Part shown: one piece after another, positions 1 through 16,953 of the stretch
Layout of the letters: every line of letters begins with the position of its first letter
Position numbering within the stretch: position 1 is the first letter of the stretch
NCBI RefSeq assembly: GCF_009914755.1
Contig: NC_060939.1
Source: the human T2T-CHM13v2.0 reference genome, Homo sapiens
DNA length: 64,000 nt
Strand: one strand, 5' to 3'
Program-made: the position numbers and the translations under genes
Notes under the pieces: generated by a model
What the model was told of the DNA's origin: nothing
The model's input: the letters and a program-made list of their open reading frames with translations, nothing else
The model's database searches: none

Positions 1-497
1 TGCTGGGATTACAGGTGTGAGCCACCTCGCCCAGCCCAGAAACCATATCTTATACTGTCCTGTTCTTCCCCACGCTACCCCAAAACAGATTTGTTTGTTT
101 TTTGAAGTAGCTACTAAGGGGTTAGATATCAGATCTTCTCCTAGCTGCTTAGGCCCATGGTGAACTCCAACTCCTCCTGTGAACTTCTATACCATATATA
201 CAGACAGTGGGTACTGTCTGCTTGCTGTAGCTGTGTAATAAGCAGCAGGTCCCTTAAATGGAGAATTCTGCCCCTTAGGAACAGTGTCATCAGAGGAGCT
301 AACAGCCCTAGCCCTAAGTCACTAGCAGTCATGACCCTCAACATGTCAGAAAGCAGAGATCTAACCAGACACCTCCATAATCATGTACGCGTTTTAAAGA
401 TGAAGTTTATGCTGCATTCCATAAAATGGAAACAAACTTCATATCATATGTATTGACTACACAGCGGGCAACAAAGTGCACATGAAAAATATAACTT

Positions 498-870
<373 letters not shown>

Positions 871-1781
871 CTATAAAACTTGGGTATGATCCCTAATTAA
901 TATTAGGTAAGCATCCTTAAGTGTTATTCTTTGGTCATCTGCTTGGTAGTGTATACATTTTATCTTTACTTAGTATTTATAGCAGCTCTGCTGTATGGGT
1001 ATAATTATCCTTACAGGTATGAAGACAGATGTTCGGAGAGGCTAAGAAACTTGGGGAAAATCTCACAGCCAATAAGGTCAGAGCCTGCATTCTAACAGAG
1101 CTGTCAGACCACAAAGCTTCTTGCTTGTTGGCCAGCTGCTCCCTCTCCCATGTGCAGGGACAGTTGGTTTTGTAGCTTTATTAACTGTCCTTATCAGCTG
1201 CCTTGCCTTTGCCTTGTCTGCAGTGTCTGCTGCCTCCCCAACAAGACTGACAGCTACTTGAGACTAAGAGCCGTTCCCCCGTATCTAATCTGTTTGGCAC
1301 ACAGAGGGGAGCTGGGTATGTTCTGTTGGGTTGAACATCACTGAATTAAACAAGGCTCTGACCCAGGGACCTGTAAAGGGGACAGTCCCCAGCAAGGCAG
1401 GCTTGCTGGAGAGAGTAGTTTTGCCACTTCTCCCCACCCTTTCCTTCCAGAAATCCGGTTTGGCAAACGCTACTGAGTTTCCTGTTGAATTGAAGTAACC
1501 TCCCAGAGCAACCTCTGAGCAGATCCACAGGGCTCCTCCCATGCCTTATCCACTCTGTTTTCAACAAATCCCTCGAATACTAAGGGATTGGAATTCCTTT
1601 CCCAGCTACTCAGGCCCACTGTGAACTCCAGCTCCTCCTCTGAGCTCTGTAGCATGTGGTGCCAACTGTTTGCTATAGCCATGGGTCAAGCAGAGCCCGT
1701 CTCCTTCTCCCAGTAATGTATTCAATGTCAAAGCAGAAAAGTTTGGAAGATTAACTAATACTATCTAAATGTGCAGATGAA

Positions 1782-2040
1782 GGCCAGGTACAGTGGATCT
1801 CACTTGAGGTCAGGAGTTCGAGACCAGCCTGGCCAACATGGCGAAACCTTATCTCTACTAAAAATACAAAAATTAGCTGGGCGTGGTGGTGGGCGCCTAT
1901 AATCCCAGTTACTCGGGAGGCTGAGGCAAGAAAATCCCTTGAACCCAGGGGATGGAGGTTTCAGTAAGCTGAGATCACATCACTTCACCCTAGCCTGGGC
2001 AAAAGGTGAAACTCTATCTCAAAAAAAAAAAAAAAAAAGA
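1782..2040 (+). mobile_element. AluS with a deletion in the left arm
   Basis: ggccaggtacagtgg joins directly to atctcacttgaggtcagg. TSD taaatgtgcagatga on both sides. Confidence 0.9.
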
Positions 2041-3291
2041 AAGTAAATGTGCAGATGAGAAAACCAGGACCCAGGGAGGGAAGAGGCTGGTATCAAATGG
2101 GGATAAAGCAAGGCACCTCTCTCCCTCTCTGTGGGATATTTATTCATCTGAGTCCCTCAAGCCCTGCCTGAGACCCTACATCCAACAGTTCTTGGTGAAA
2201 ACAGCTCTCTTGGTTTCCATCTGTAGCCCTTCATTCCATGAGACTTGAATCCAGTTAAGGGGCTGGTGCCTGGGCATAGACACCAGTTACCCTGACCCCC
2301 CATCCCTGGGCTTAGCCCCTAGGCTCCTAGGCAGAGCTGTCACCTCAGCATGTCAGCTCATGTATCTAGAAGGCTTCACACTTCCAAGAGCTCTGCACCC
2401 AGTTTACTTGAACCCACACACCTCTAACAGGTACAGTCTCTATTTTCTGGATGAGGAGCCTGAGCCTCAAGACAGGTTAACTGGCTTGTTCACAGTCACT
2501 CAGCTAGTACGTGAGACTGGAACCTGGGCTGGGGCTCACTCCACAGCCCCCCATGTGACTCTACCTTACCCTGGCATAGGTGTAACCCAGAGATGCCTCA
2601 GTTACTGGGTTGCTCAGGAATTAGGGTGTCCTGGGAAAGAGTTTTCTTCTGAGACTCTGGGCCCAAGCAGGGCTTCTTCAAGCCTCAGTGACGAGATATG
2701 ACACACATGACCTCTGGCCTCCTCTCCACCAGCCAGCCTGCTCCACACGAGCCAGGCTGACCCCCGTGCAGGTTCCCTACCTGCTGGCGCCTGACCCCAC
2801 ACACACTGGGCATTTTTCTGCCTCCTCACCGCTTCCAACATCCCAACTTGTCTTTTTAAACTTAGTTCAACACCCTCTCTTCCAACACTGCTCCTCCCAG
2901 GCCCTCCCACCCTCGTCCCCCTAACAGCTGGGTTCAAGCTTTCCAACAGCTCTGTGCCCCCACAGGCTCTCCGTCTGCATGCACCGCTTAGTGCTACTCA
3001 AGAGCAGGCATGGGCAAGTTCAACACCACACCCCACTGGCTCATAGGAGGCCCTCGGGAGGTGTTAGTGGAGTTAATGAGGCTCAACTTTTGGCTTCAAA
3101 GATCTTTCTTGATGGCCAGGGGCAACTATTCTACCTCAGTCAATGCTTATGCACCAAGATACAGTATGAGACATCCCTAGACAGAATCCTCTGCCCCCAA
3201 ATATCTCTTCCCTTTGAGTCTGAAAGCTTTAGAGCTTCCTACTCAAGTGCAGACAAGGGTAGCCGGTAGACATGAGAAAAGATGCCTGGTA

Positions 3292-3765
<474 letters not shown>

Positions 3766-4893
3766 TCGGTATTTCTAAGAATGGAAGGAACACAAATCCA
3801 AACAACAGGTGGCATTTTTGACCTATCAGATGGGTAAAAATCCAGTTTTTTAAAGGTATAGTTTTAGAGGCATAATGAAGCAGTCTCAGACTCTGTGGGT
3901 TAAAAACTAGGACAGTTTTTGGGGACAATTTTACAGTAACTATAAAAAATATGAAACACTTCTAGCCATTTTCCTACAAGAATATCCACACCACTGCACA
4001 AACTTGGATTACGAGCATGTTTGTCATAGAATAAATTGTAATCATGGAAAAAAGTGAACAGAACTTAGATGTCAATTAATAGAGGTCGATTATATTCATC
4101 ATGGAACGGTCATACAACAGATGCCTCTCTGGCCACTTAAAAAGATAAGGTAGATATTCATGGAGTGGTGTGGAAAGATGCCCAGGATCTGTTATGTGAG
4201 AAAAGCAAGTTGAAAAAGAACATGTGTAATAGTATCCCTTCTGGGTAAAAAGAAAGAAGTGTGTGTGTCTATATGTCTGTGTCTGCGATAGGTGGGTGTC
4301 TAGCCCAAGCATTAGTCTCCCAGCTTCAGGGTCACCTTTCTACAGTACATTTGGGGACAGAAGGAATGTGGTGACTACTGAGTTATGTACTCGCCAGCTT
4401 GTTCCCCGTGCACCCTCTCAGTCACTTCCAGACCAGTCTTCATCCCTGAACGCCCTGGTGCAGGGGTTGTTGAGGAAAGAGCATTGGGGTATTCTGGGCC
4501 CCCTATACATCACTCCCTCCCCCAATTCCCCCCCTCCCACCATCTCACAGGACTGTATGGGAGTCTTGGACTTTACTAGAGGGTTGGAGCCACCAAAGGG
4601 GATGACAATGGGGATGGGAAAATATTTCAAACTCTCCCCAAATTATAAAGTTTTTCGCAAGTGGGCTTTTGAAATGGATTTACTGAAACTGAGAATGGTG
4701 CACCCAAGGGTGACCCCAAACCCTTGACAGAACTTGCCTTTCTTACCTTGAAACCTCCCAGTCAACAGCCACAGGAGCTGGCTCTGTGGGGGGAACACAC
4801 ATGAGGGAAATGCTTATTCTTATAGTATGAGGAGGAGGCACCAAGAAGGAAAATTTGTCCAAGGAATTCCCTGAGGGGCACCCCAGTTCCTAG

Positions 4894-6250
<1,357 letters not shown>

Positions 6251-7316
6251 TGCTGAAAGATTCTTTTTCTTTTTTTGTTTTTTTAAAGTGTCCTAAATTA
6301 TAGTCACATGTGCTCTTTCCAACCAGTTAGACTGTAATGAATAATATTAATGATAATAATAACAATTATAATTCCTTAGGCCTTTAGAGCACTTTGCAGT
6401 TTATAAACTGTTATACCATTGTGTCTTTTCATTCTACCAGTAGGTGAAACAGGGCAGGGATGTTCCCCCCACCCTACCACCTACCTTATTGATTAAATAG
6501 TTGAAGCTATGCAGAGGAGGTTTGCTTTGAGTGACAGAAGCCCACCAGGGCTGATGTAAATAATTAAGGGGGTGATTCCAAGACTGCAGAGAAACAGCTC
6601 AGTCTCTCCCTGTCTGGGGCCACGTGGTCTCCTCTCTGCTTCTCTCTGCATGTCCCATCCTCCTCTCTGCAGATCATCTTTTTCTGCTTCTTTATCAGTA
6701 TCCACAAGACTGAAAATAGCAGCTCTATCCAGGCTCTGCCCATCCTTTCAGCTCAGGCCCCAACATCTGATCAGTCTCTGCCTTCAAGTCCACCATCTCT
6801 CAGGAGAGACCTGGGGCCCCTCAGCCTCCCAGATGCAGTTCCCCCTGCCCAGGGGTCCATCCTGGGTGGGGGACACAGTGGGGGATAAGGCCCTGCAGTC
6901 CAAACAGCCAAAGTGGGGCTGAGCAGAGTAGCAGGAAGGCAGAGTCTCCTAGAAGGATGTGGCATGTGAAGCAAGGATAGGCTTTTTAACACAACATTTG
7001 CTAAAAGGGGCTCATGCATGTTCTTCTTATCCGGGCTAGGCCACAGCAGTAGCAACATGCCAGTAATAACAGTTCTTAGGTCTGCAGAGACTTCCCAGAG
7101 AAAACCTCCCACAGGCAGAGAGATGGTCTCCTTCCTCTCCAGCCACACCCTGAGACCTCCCAGCAGGCCTCAGTCGAGCTTTGCCCATCGCCTCAAGCCA
7201 GGAGGTGGCTCATCAGGCAGATCTCAGAAAGCCTGGTGTCCGAGGAAAGGGGCACCTCTCATCAAGGGACTTCTTGGCCGTGTCCACCCAGCCTGGACCC
7301 TCATCTCCCTCTGCAG

Positions 7317-7466
7317 GTGCGGATCTGGGAGATCCCCGAGGGCGGGCTGAAGCGGAACATGACGGAGGCGCTCCTGGAGCTGCACGGGCACAGCCGGCGT
7401 GTGGGGCTGGTCGAGTGGCACCCCACCACCAACAACATCCTGTTCAGCGCTGGCTACGACTACAAG
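7317..7466 (+). CDS. CORO2B: Coronin 2B coding exon (likely exon 4), WD40 region, 150 bp, phase 0-0
   Basis: Acceptor ctccctctgcag|GTG and donor AAG|gtatgc. Translates VRIWEIPEGGLKRNMTEALLELHGHSRRVGLVEWHPTTNNILFSAGYDYK, a typical coronin GH..WHP WD40 blade. Confidence 0.97.
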
Positions 7467-8126
7467 GTATGCAGTGGGCAGGCAGCTGGGTGGAGAGGGA
7501 TTGGGGAAGAGAAAGGGGCCTTTTGGGTACCCGTAGGAAGCACTGTTGCTTCCTAAGCAACCAATATGGCCTCATCTGTTCATTTGCTTATTCATTCATT
7601 CATTCATTCGCTACACGCAACTGAGCAACTCCTGTGCACCCTGTCATTCCTGGGGTCCACAGAGGCCGGAGGCATCTTTTCTGCCTTCTCTGGTGGTTGA
7701 TTGGAGGAGAATGCCCCTTCCATGCCCACACCCTTTGCCTGGCCACTTCTTAACCAAGAGGTGGCAAAAGGGGTAACCAAAGCTGCTGGAGGGCAAAAAG
7801 TGGAGCCTCAGCCCCGAGCCCCAGGCACATCCTCAAAAAAAGGTGGGCTGACCACATGGGACCTGACAAGGAACATGTATCCTTCTTGCTCTTCCATAAA
7901 CTGAGCCCAGGCTGGTGCTGGGATCTGACCAAGGATATTGATGGATTTGTGTGCCAGGGATGTATCAGCCTTTCCATATAGAACTCAATGACCCCCTCCT
8001 GCACCCCAGCACACCCCAGGCCCTGCATGGGGCACTTCTCCCAGGGCAGTCAAGTGTGCACTGGGGACAAACACCCCAGGACCCTAGCAGCCACTGACCC
8101 TGCCTCCCATGCATCTGCCCTCGCAG

Positions 8127-8291
8127 GTCCTCATCTGGAACCTGGATGTGGGTGAGCCGGTGAAGATGATTGACTGCCACACGGATGTGATCCTCTGCAT
8201 GTCCTTCAACACGGACGGCAGCCTGCTCACCACCACGTGCAAGGACAAGAAGCTGCGTGTGATTGAGCCCCGCTCTGGCCGTGTTCTGCAG
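8127..8291 (+). CDS. CORO2B: Coronin 2B coding exon (likely exon 5), 165 bp, phase 0-0
   Basis: Acceptor ccctcgcag|GTC and donor CAG|gtggaa. Translates VLIWNLDVGEPVKMIDCHTDVILCMSFNTDGSLLTTTCKDKKLRVIEPRSGRVLQ, in frame with the previous exon. Confidence 0.97.
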
Positions 8292-8956
8292 GTGGAACCC
8301 TACATTTTTTGAGATTGAAGGGGAAGGTATTGAGGGCTGGGGCTCAGCTTTCAGCAGGCCTGGAAGAAAAAGGCTGTGCCAGCCCCCTTCTCCAGTGCAT
8401 CTCACTGCACCTCTGTTGAACAACCTTTCTCTCTCCTGGGCCCTTCTCAGCTCATAGGAACCCTGCCTTGTTCTGGGTGGGGAGGGACCTCATACCCTTT
8501 CCTGTCCCCACTGCACCCCCTACCTCCAGACAGGATTCTTCTGGCTTGCTCTGGGGGCTGAACTGGTGACACCCTTCAGTGCATACATCCCCAGGTGTTA
8601 CCCAGGTCCACCACAGGCACAGGAGGAGGAGACACTGGACTCACTGCCCAGCCACTTGATAGGATGAGCCTGAGGGAAATGGCTAGGGTGCCAAGGCTGA
8701 TGGTGAACTTAGCTCCACTTTTGGTCTTTGAATCTCCTGGGTCTTGGGTTTGAGGAAGGGGTTAAGTGCCATTTGGAAGTAAGAAATTACCATTTTTTGA
8801 GCACCTGCTGTGTGCTGGTCATGGGGAGAGATGGAGTGGAAAATATGGATGATATCTGAGGTTTGCCTTCTACACAAGAAGGGATTAATGCTTGATCTGG
8901 GTGTGTTTACCTTGGAATAGTCCAATATTACAAGACCAGAAAGTTTTCTAGTACTA

Positions 8957-9191
8957 TAGGTTGAGCATCCCAAATCCAAAAATCCAAAATCCAAAAGACT
9001 CCAAATCCAAAACTTTTTGAGCACTGACATAACACCCAAAGGAAATGCTCATTGGAACATTTCAGATTTTGGATTTGGGGATGTGGGAAGCTCAACTAGT
9101 AGGTATAATGTGAATATTCTGACATCGGAAACAATCCAAAATCTGAAACACTTCTGGGCCCAAGCACTTCAGATAAGGGCTACTCAACCTG
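8957..9191 (+). mobile_element. Tigger4a/MER46A-type MITE (TcMar-Tigger)
   Basis: Terminal inverted repeats (t)aggttgagcatcc ... tactcaacctg, TA on both sides, internal aaatccaa repeats. Confidence 0.88.
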
Positions 9192-10011
9192 TACCACTAC
9201 AAATAAGAATAATGAGAGTTGCTTAGCATGATTAGTGTTAACTGACATCTGCTAAGAGCTCACTGTGTGGCCTGCACTGTGCCCGGGGCTCTGCACATCA
9301 TCTCATTTAATCCTCAGGACAACCCTCTCAGCTGGGTGCTGTTACTCCTCTCATGTGATACGTGAGAACACTTAACCTTAGCGAAGTTGGGAGACTTGAA
9401 TCTCACAGTTCCAGGAGGAGCTAGGATTCAAACCCAGAGCCCATGCCAAGCAGAAAGAATGTTTATGAACAGAGAACCCCCACCTCCAATTCCCAAATGG
9501 GGCCATGAGCCCAGGGAAGGTGAAGGTCTTCTCTTGGGCTACACTTTTTTGGCGGAGCTAGAACTAGAGTTCAGAGTGTATGACGCCAGCCTGAATATGT
9601 GCACTGCCCCATTGGCCTCTTTTCTGACTTGCTGCCAACTTACCTGATGCCGAGGACTGTTGTGTGTTAGGAGGAAATCAAGTGTCACGAGCCAGTGGGC
9701 AGGAAAGGAGGCCCAAGACAGCTCAGTTAAGGAGGCACTCCCTGATGAGGCAAGCTGTGAAGCAGTGATGGGCATGAGTCTCTTGTCCTCCTGAGCCTCA
9801 GTTTCCTCACCCTCAAAATGGGGATAATGATTTCTTCCGATAGATATTGTTATGGGGATGAAAAGCAATGCCCCTGGTGAGAGCTCCTGAAGCGGTGTAG
9901 CCCCCAACTGGACTTGGTGGACGTTGGCTCCCCTCTCGCTCCCTGTTCCCCACATTCTCTGGGAAATGGCAGAGAAGGCATCTGTGGAGCCATTGCTGCA
10001 CAGTGCTTAGA

Positions 10012-10458
10012 ACAGTGTCCTATGGCTGCTGTAACAAATGCCCACAAACTAGGTGGCTGAAAACAACAGAAATGTATTCTCTCACCATTCCAGAGGCCAG
10101 ATGTCCCACATCAAGGTGTCAGCAGGACTGTACTCCCTACAGATGCTCTAGGAGAAAACCCATTCCTTGCCTCTTCTGGGGGTTGCCGGCTCCCGTGGCT
10201 GGTGGCCACATCACTCCAGTCTCTGCCTCCAGGGTCACACACCTTCTCCCCTGTGTGTCTCTGTAATCTTACCTCTCTCCCACAAGGACACTCATGATGG
10301 CATCCAGGATCCACCTGGATAATCCAGGGTAATCTCATCTCCAAATCCTTAGCTTAACCACATCTGCAAGGACCCTTTTCCAAATAAGGAAATAATTGCA
10401 GGGGCCAGGGCTGAGGACATGGGTGTATCTTTTCGGGACCACCATTCATGCCACTGCA
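10012..10458 (-). mobile_element. MLT1 (MLT1B/C-like) MaLR solo LTR
   Basis: ggctgctgtaacaaatgcccacaaactaggtggctgaaaacaacagaaat ... catctgcaaggacccttttccaaataagg, typical of an antisense MLT1. Confidence 0.82.
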
Positions 10459-10509
10459 GAACCCACATGTTGGGGACCCTGGCTCACCACCTCCCTCTGT
10501 TCCTACTAG

Positions 10510-10626
10510 GAGGCCAACTGCAAAAACCACAGAGTGAACCGGGTGGTGTTCCTGGGGAACATGAAGCGGCTCCTCACGACAGGGGTCTCCAGGTGGAACA
10601 CAAGACAGATTGCCCTCTGGGACCAG
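10510..10626 (+). CDS. CORO2B: Coronin 2B coding exon (likely exon 6), 117 bp, phase 0-0
   Basis: Acceptor ttcctactag|GAG and donor CAG|gtcagc. Translates EANCKNHRVNRVVFLGNMKRLLTTGVSRWNTRQIALWDQ. Confidence 0.97.
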
Positions 10627-11143
10627 GTCAGCCACGGGGAGGCCTGCTGGGTTTGGGCTAAAGGAAGCATCGTTGCCTCGGAGGTCACTTCCTCAGAAAG
10701 TCAGGAGCCTGGGCCCGCACACCAGCTTCTCATAGCATTCCCAGTGGAGAAATCAGACAGAGACCCCCAGAGGCCGAGCTTGGGTACAGAGGCTTCAAGG
10801 AACAATGTCGGCCACACCTGCAAGATGTTCACCCTCTTTTTCCAGAGTGGGGGCTGAGCTCCAGAGAGATTGAGAGACTTACCTGGGGACACATAGCAAG
10901 TAGCAGGTTTGGGGACAATGAGAACAAGTCCCTTGCCTCCTGTTTGTAAGACCCTTTCCACTGCCCCTGGCTGCTTTTCGTGACAAGAAAGTCAGTCTTG
11001 CCACCACCCATAGGACGGGCTTTTTAACATCTAGGGGAGGTCTTAACATAAAGTAGTTGCCATCCTAAGAGGCCTTCCTGGGATTTGGGGAGGGGTATGC
11101 CATCCTGCCTGCAGAGAGGCTGAGACCAGCTCTTCTCCCTCAG

Positions 11144-11248
11144 GAGGACCTCTCCATGCCCCTGATCGAAGAGGAAATTGATGGGCTCTCTGGCCTCCTG
11201 TTCCCCTTCTATGATGCTGACACCCACATGCTCTACCTGGCTGGAAAG
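11144..11248 (+). CDS. CORO2B: Coronin 2B coding exon (likely exon 7), 105 bp, phase 0-0
   Basis: Acceptor ttctccctcag|GAG and donor AAG|gtagta. Translates EDLSMPLIEEEIDGLSGLLFPFYDADTHMLYLAGK, matching the coronin signature PFYD.D..M.YL.GK. Confidence 0.97.
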
Positions 11249-11799
11249 GTAGTAGGAGGTGGGGGAGGGCCCGGGGCAGCCTGTGGGAGAGCCCTACCCT
11301 CAATGCACCCCTGCACCTGCCCCACCCCCTGGAGAGTAGCCAGCCTAACCTTCCAAGTTCCTGGGCCTCACCTTTCCCATCCACACCTGCCCTCAAGTCT
11401 GACACCCATTCTTACTCAAGTGTCTGCTACCAAGAATTCCTTCAAAGGTGAGCTGGAGCGGGCTTTTACATTGGAATAAAGATCAGAGCCTGCAGTGTAG
11501 TCAGTGATGAATGATGGAATTTGAGATACCCGCCAGGAGATCCTTGGTGAATACAGCCTTGTTTGTCAGAAAGGCTGTCTACACACACACACTCACATCA
11601 GCCCATCCACCTCCACCTCTCCACCCGCAGTGAGTCCCCTGTGGTGCACCCACTAGGAGCCTAGAAGCCAGGTTTCCTTGGTTTTTTTAACTGCCCATGA
11701 GGCACAGGGGAGAGCTGTCTTCAGCTGGCTCCTGGGACCAGGCCCTGCTCTGCCCTCCCTACCTGCCACCTTCCTCAACTCCATCTCTCCTGACCCCAG

Positions 11800-11896
11800 G
11801 GTGATGGAAACATCCGGTACTACGAGATCAGCACTGAGAAGCCCTACCTGAGTTACCTCATGGAGTTCCGCTCCCCAGCCCCGCAGAAAGGCCTAG
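11800..11896 (+). CDS. CORO2B: Coronin 2B coding exon (likely exon 8), 97 bp, phase 0-1
   Basis: Acceptor tgaccccag|GGT and donor TAG|gtaagg. Translates GDGNIRYYEISTEKPYLSYLMEFRSPAPQKGL(G), completing the KGDGNIRYYE coronin motif. Confidence 0.97.
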
Positions 11897-13007
11897 GTAA
11901 GGGGCCCCGAGGCTGCCACAGCTGGTGTGCTCATGGCACGGGAGGACATCTGGCCCATGGGTCACCCCCTCCCTTAAGTGGAAAATCAGACTCAGAAGGC
12001 CATAGCACATGGGCAAGTTGGAACAGAACCTGCAAGAGCTGGCCCTGCTGCAGCTGTCACTGCCCACTGGACCGGCGCTGTCACCCCACTGTGCTCACAT
12101 CCACCATCAGCGGCAGCTTGCCAGCATGTGCTCTGCGTCTGCACTCCTGATCGCAGATGGGGAGCCTGAAGCCCACAGTGGCTATGATGATGGTGGGAAG
12201 TGGTCCCGTAACTAGAGGTCAGAGTGGGGTCTAGGCACAAGTCCCTTCCTGAGCCTCTAGGAAGCCGTGACTCCCAGATCCCAGCAGCAGCTCTGTCTGC
12301 CTGATAGGGCAGGAAGAAGTTCCAGGTGTTCCCGTGACTGCAGCCCCAAGCTCCCTAGGCTCTCAGGCAGAAACCCAGAGAGGGCTCTGGGATTGACAGG
12401 GTGTAGTGAGTGAGACCCCACATTCTCCCACCACTAAAAGTCTTACAACCAATTTTCCTTCCTTTCAACTAAGCTGGTAATGCATATGATTCAGCAATTC
12501 TATATTTCGGGTCCAAATCACCCAATGAAACACCTATTTTCAGGGACCTCCCGTTCCCACTTCTGCGGGTGATCCTCTTTGGAGCTTGAGTCTAGCTTGC
12601 TTTCCCTGTGGGTCTGGTATTATGGACAGGGCCTGAGGGCCAGCTTCAGGAACATCGGGGCTGAAAGGGCCTGAGAGCCCACTCCAGTGACCAACAGCAA
12701 AATGGAAACCAAAAGATGTCCGAAGTCCTAATCACCATTCCATCAACTTTACTCTTCCCCAACTCTGTCATCCCCACCTCCTTCACTGTCACTCCTGCAT
12801 CAAATAGTATAAAAATCAGCCTGGACTTTGGAGTCAGACCTGGGTTTACATTCTGGCTCAGCTGTGCACTTAATCCCTCTAAGTCTCAGTTTCCTCATCT
12901 GTAAAATGTGGATAATCAAACCTTCCTTGAATGGCTAATGTAAGGCTTAGAGACCATATGTGCAAGGCACCTGGCAGAGCACTTGACTCCTCCTGCTCCT
13001 TCACATA

Positions 13008-14120
<1,113 letters not shown>

Positions 14121-15279
14121 GAAGCAGGAAGGACTCAGAATGACTCACTTCATCCTCATCCTCATCCTCCTCACCTGTGACCACTATTGAGCATTTGCTG
14201 TGATGTAGGCACTTCTTGTAGACTCAGAAAAGTTAAGCAACTCACCTGAGGCAGGTCTTATCTGCTAAGTAGCAGAAGAACTCAGACCGAATCTGCTGGC
14301 TCTTAATCCCATTTGGGAAACCATTTCACCCCTTACCTCCAGCTCCTAGAATTCCTTTATGTGGAAGAGCAGGCTTCCAGCCCAGAGGAGGAGAGGCAGA
14401 GCCTTAACTCATATTCACAATACAGGGAAAGAAATGAATGTGGTCTGTGCTCGTCACGGTGCCAGGCAGTTAATGAGTATCTTGGAACATGTTCTGCTGA
14501 TCACCTCAGGTAGGGCCATTGTTGTCCTCCTCGAACCAGCCAAGGAACTGGAAGCTCAGAGAGTTGTGACTTGCCAAAGGACTCCTAGATGGAAAGGGGG
14601 CAGAGTGAGGACTCAAACCCCGTTGGTCCACCCCTAGATAGAGCTGTGCTCCTAGCACCACCACACTGCCCCTCATCCCCATGATAGACGTTCAGCAGAG
14701 GCAGCTGTTAGGGACATGTGGTAAGTGAACCCACACAGGAAACATGTGCACACATTGTTGGTTCTAGGAGACATAGAACAGAACAGCAATCTTAGGCTGC
14801 GTCCAGACCTCTAGGGTGTATGGGGAATGGCCTCTCCCTCCTTTCTCTCTCAGGACTGGAGACACAGGAGGATTAGGGATGACTGTTCATTTCAGAGGGT
14901 AATGGGCTCTGTGGCCCTGCCCCTGCTGTGCTCTGTGACCTTGGGTAACCCCTTGCCCTCTGACCCTCTCTGGACCCTCATCTAGAAAAGGAGTGGGCTA
15001 GATTCAAATGTTTCTGCAGTTTCTTCCAATTCTAAAGGGTCCAATTCTAAAGCACGCACTGTGGTGAGGCAGGTCTGGCCCAAGGAGCTTGAGAAGTGAC
15101 CACCCAGAGACAGAGACTGATTGAAGGCGCCCCGGTCTACCCCCTGCCCTCTGCATGGGCCGTTGCCTCCAAACCTAAGTACATTCCTCAGCCTTTCCCC
15201 TGGCCCAGAACATCATGGGGTGATGTCACTGAGACGCAGTTTCTGGGACCCCATGGAGCCACATGTGTGCCTGTTACAG

Positions 15280-15392
15280 GGGTCATGCCCAAGCACGGGC
15301 TGGATGTGTCAGCCTGCGAGGTGTTCCGCTTCTACAAGCTGGTGACTCTCAAGGGCCTGATTGAGCCCATCTCCATGATCGTGCCCCGGAGG
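15280..15392 (+). CDS. CORO2B: Coronin 2B coding exon (likely exon 9), 113 bp, phase 1-0
   Basis: Acceptor ctgttacag|GG and donor AGG|gtaagt. Translates (G)VMPKHGLDVSACEVFRFYKLVTLKGLIEPISMIVPRR. Confidence 0.97.
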
Positions 15393-15725
15393 GTAAGTGG
15401 GGCTGGGCTGGGCTCCAGGAGGGGGGCCTGCATCGCCTCTTAGCCTGCTCACCACTGACCATGACCCTGGAGAAACCCAGGTGAGAGATGTGCTGTGGAC
15501 TGGGGTCTTCAAACCTAATTTGGGGTGAGGGGCATTCTCAGATGGGGACAGTTGGGTTTGCTCATGAGTGCAGTCAGGTAGTTCCAGGAGGGAGACACAG
15601 TGCAAAGGCATAGAGGCAGGAGAGCAGGTAGGGTGATTGGAGATCAGTAAGAAGAGTCTGACTGAAGAGTAGGGGCTTTCCCAGCAGCCCCCCATGTGTC
15701 CTCTCTTCTGCTCCTCCCACTGTAG

Positions 15726-15816
15726 TCAGATTCCTACCAGGAAGACATTTACCCAATGACACCAGGCACGGAGCCAGCACTGACCCCGGATGAATGGCTG
15801 GGAGGCATCAACCGAG
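15726..15816 (+). CDS. CORO2B: Coronin 2B coding exon (likely exon 10), 91 bp, phase 0-1; not in the ORF track
   Basis: Acceptor cccactgtag|TCA and donor GAG|gtacca. Translates [30 protein letters not shown](D), the coronin C-terminal extension motif Q.DIYP.T....AL...EW..G. Confidence 0.96.
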
Positions 15817-15994
15817 GTACCACAGCGGGGGGCTCCACAGAGCACAGGCGGCTGCAGCCTTTGCCTTCAGCGCAGCTCACCCCAGTTCTCCTTGTCTGTC
15901 CCCCTGTTTGAACTTCCCTCCCACCCAGCCTGCTGGACCATCACCTGACAGTCCATGGGATCGTCAGTGAGAGCGTTTCCCTTGCCTTCTTTAG

Positions 15995-16134
15995 ATCCCG
16001 TGCTGATGTCTTTGAAAGAAGGCTATAAGAAGTCCTCAAAAATGGTATTTAAGGCTCCCATCAAAGAAAAGAAGAGTGTTGTGGTCAACGGAATAGATTT
16101 ATTAGAAAATGTCCCACCCAGGACAGAGAATGAG
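15995..16134 (+). CDS. CORO2B: Coronin 2B coding exon (likely exon 11), unique region, 140 bp, phase 1-0
   Basis: Acceptor ccttctttag|AT and donor GAG|gtaagg. Translates (D)PVLMSLKEGYKKSSKMVFKAPIKEKKSVVVNGIDLLENVPPRTENE. Confidence 0.96.
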
Positions 16135-16953
16135 GTAAGGAATGTAAGTTATTACCTCCATAGGCCCTGGAAGAGCAAGACCTTTACATTTCAATTATGG
16201 GCTTCAGGCCTTTAAGCCAGTTCCATTCTGAGACATTTTTCTTTCTGTGACAAATGCCATAAGTAGCCTGATATTGGCTTCTGATGCTTCTGACCCCAAT
16301 AAATAGAAGCTGGGATGTCTGGAGATATCGGTTCCCCACACCACCCCCACGCCTCAAATTCACTAACCCACAGTTATGCATCTCCTCATGAACTCATTTC
16401 AGAACGTTGCTGTCATTTGGAGTTCCAGGAGTTATAAATTCCTGACTAACAGGGGCAAGCCCGGCCTCGTGTATCACAGCCCTGCCTCCCTCGCTGGCAT
16501 TGCAGCAGTGCTGGAGTCTGACACTTCCAGTCTTTGTGGAAGAGACTGGGTGTTTATGAAGGTGCTCTCTGTACCACTTGGAATGGGAGCAAGCTCTTTT
16601 GGGGCAGCTCGGCTGGGCCTTGTCCATGTCCCCCAGCGGTATTTCGTTCCAGCCCACACCCCCATTCCCTGATGCCAACATGGTTTAGCTCAGCTGGGAT
16701 TCACAGGATGCCTACTGTGTGCCAGACATAAGGCCTGATACAACTGAAATGGAGATGGCTGCATGACCCCACCTGCATTTGAATCCTGGCTCTGCCATTT
16801 CCTGGCTGTGACTGAGCAAGTCTACTGACCTTTATAAGTCCATTTCCTTGTGGTAAAATAGGGATATGGAAAGCTGTGAGCATTAAAGAGATAATTCATA
16901 AGTGTCTAGCACTCTTCCTGGCTCATATTAAGTGCTCAGAGAAAAAGGTCACC

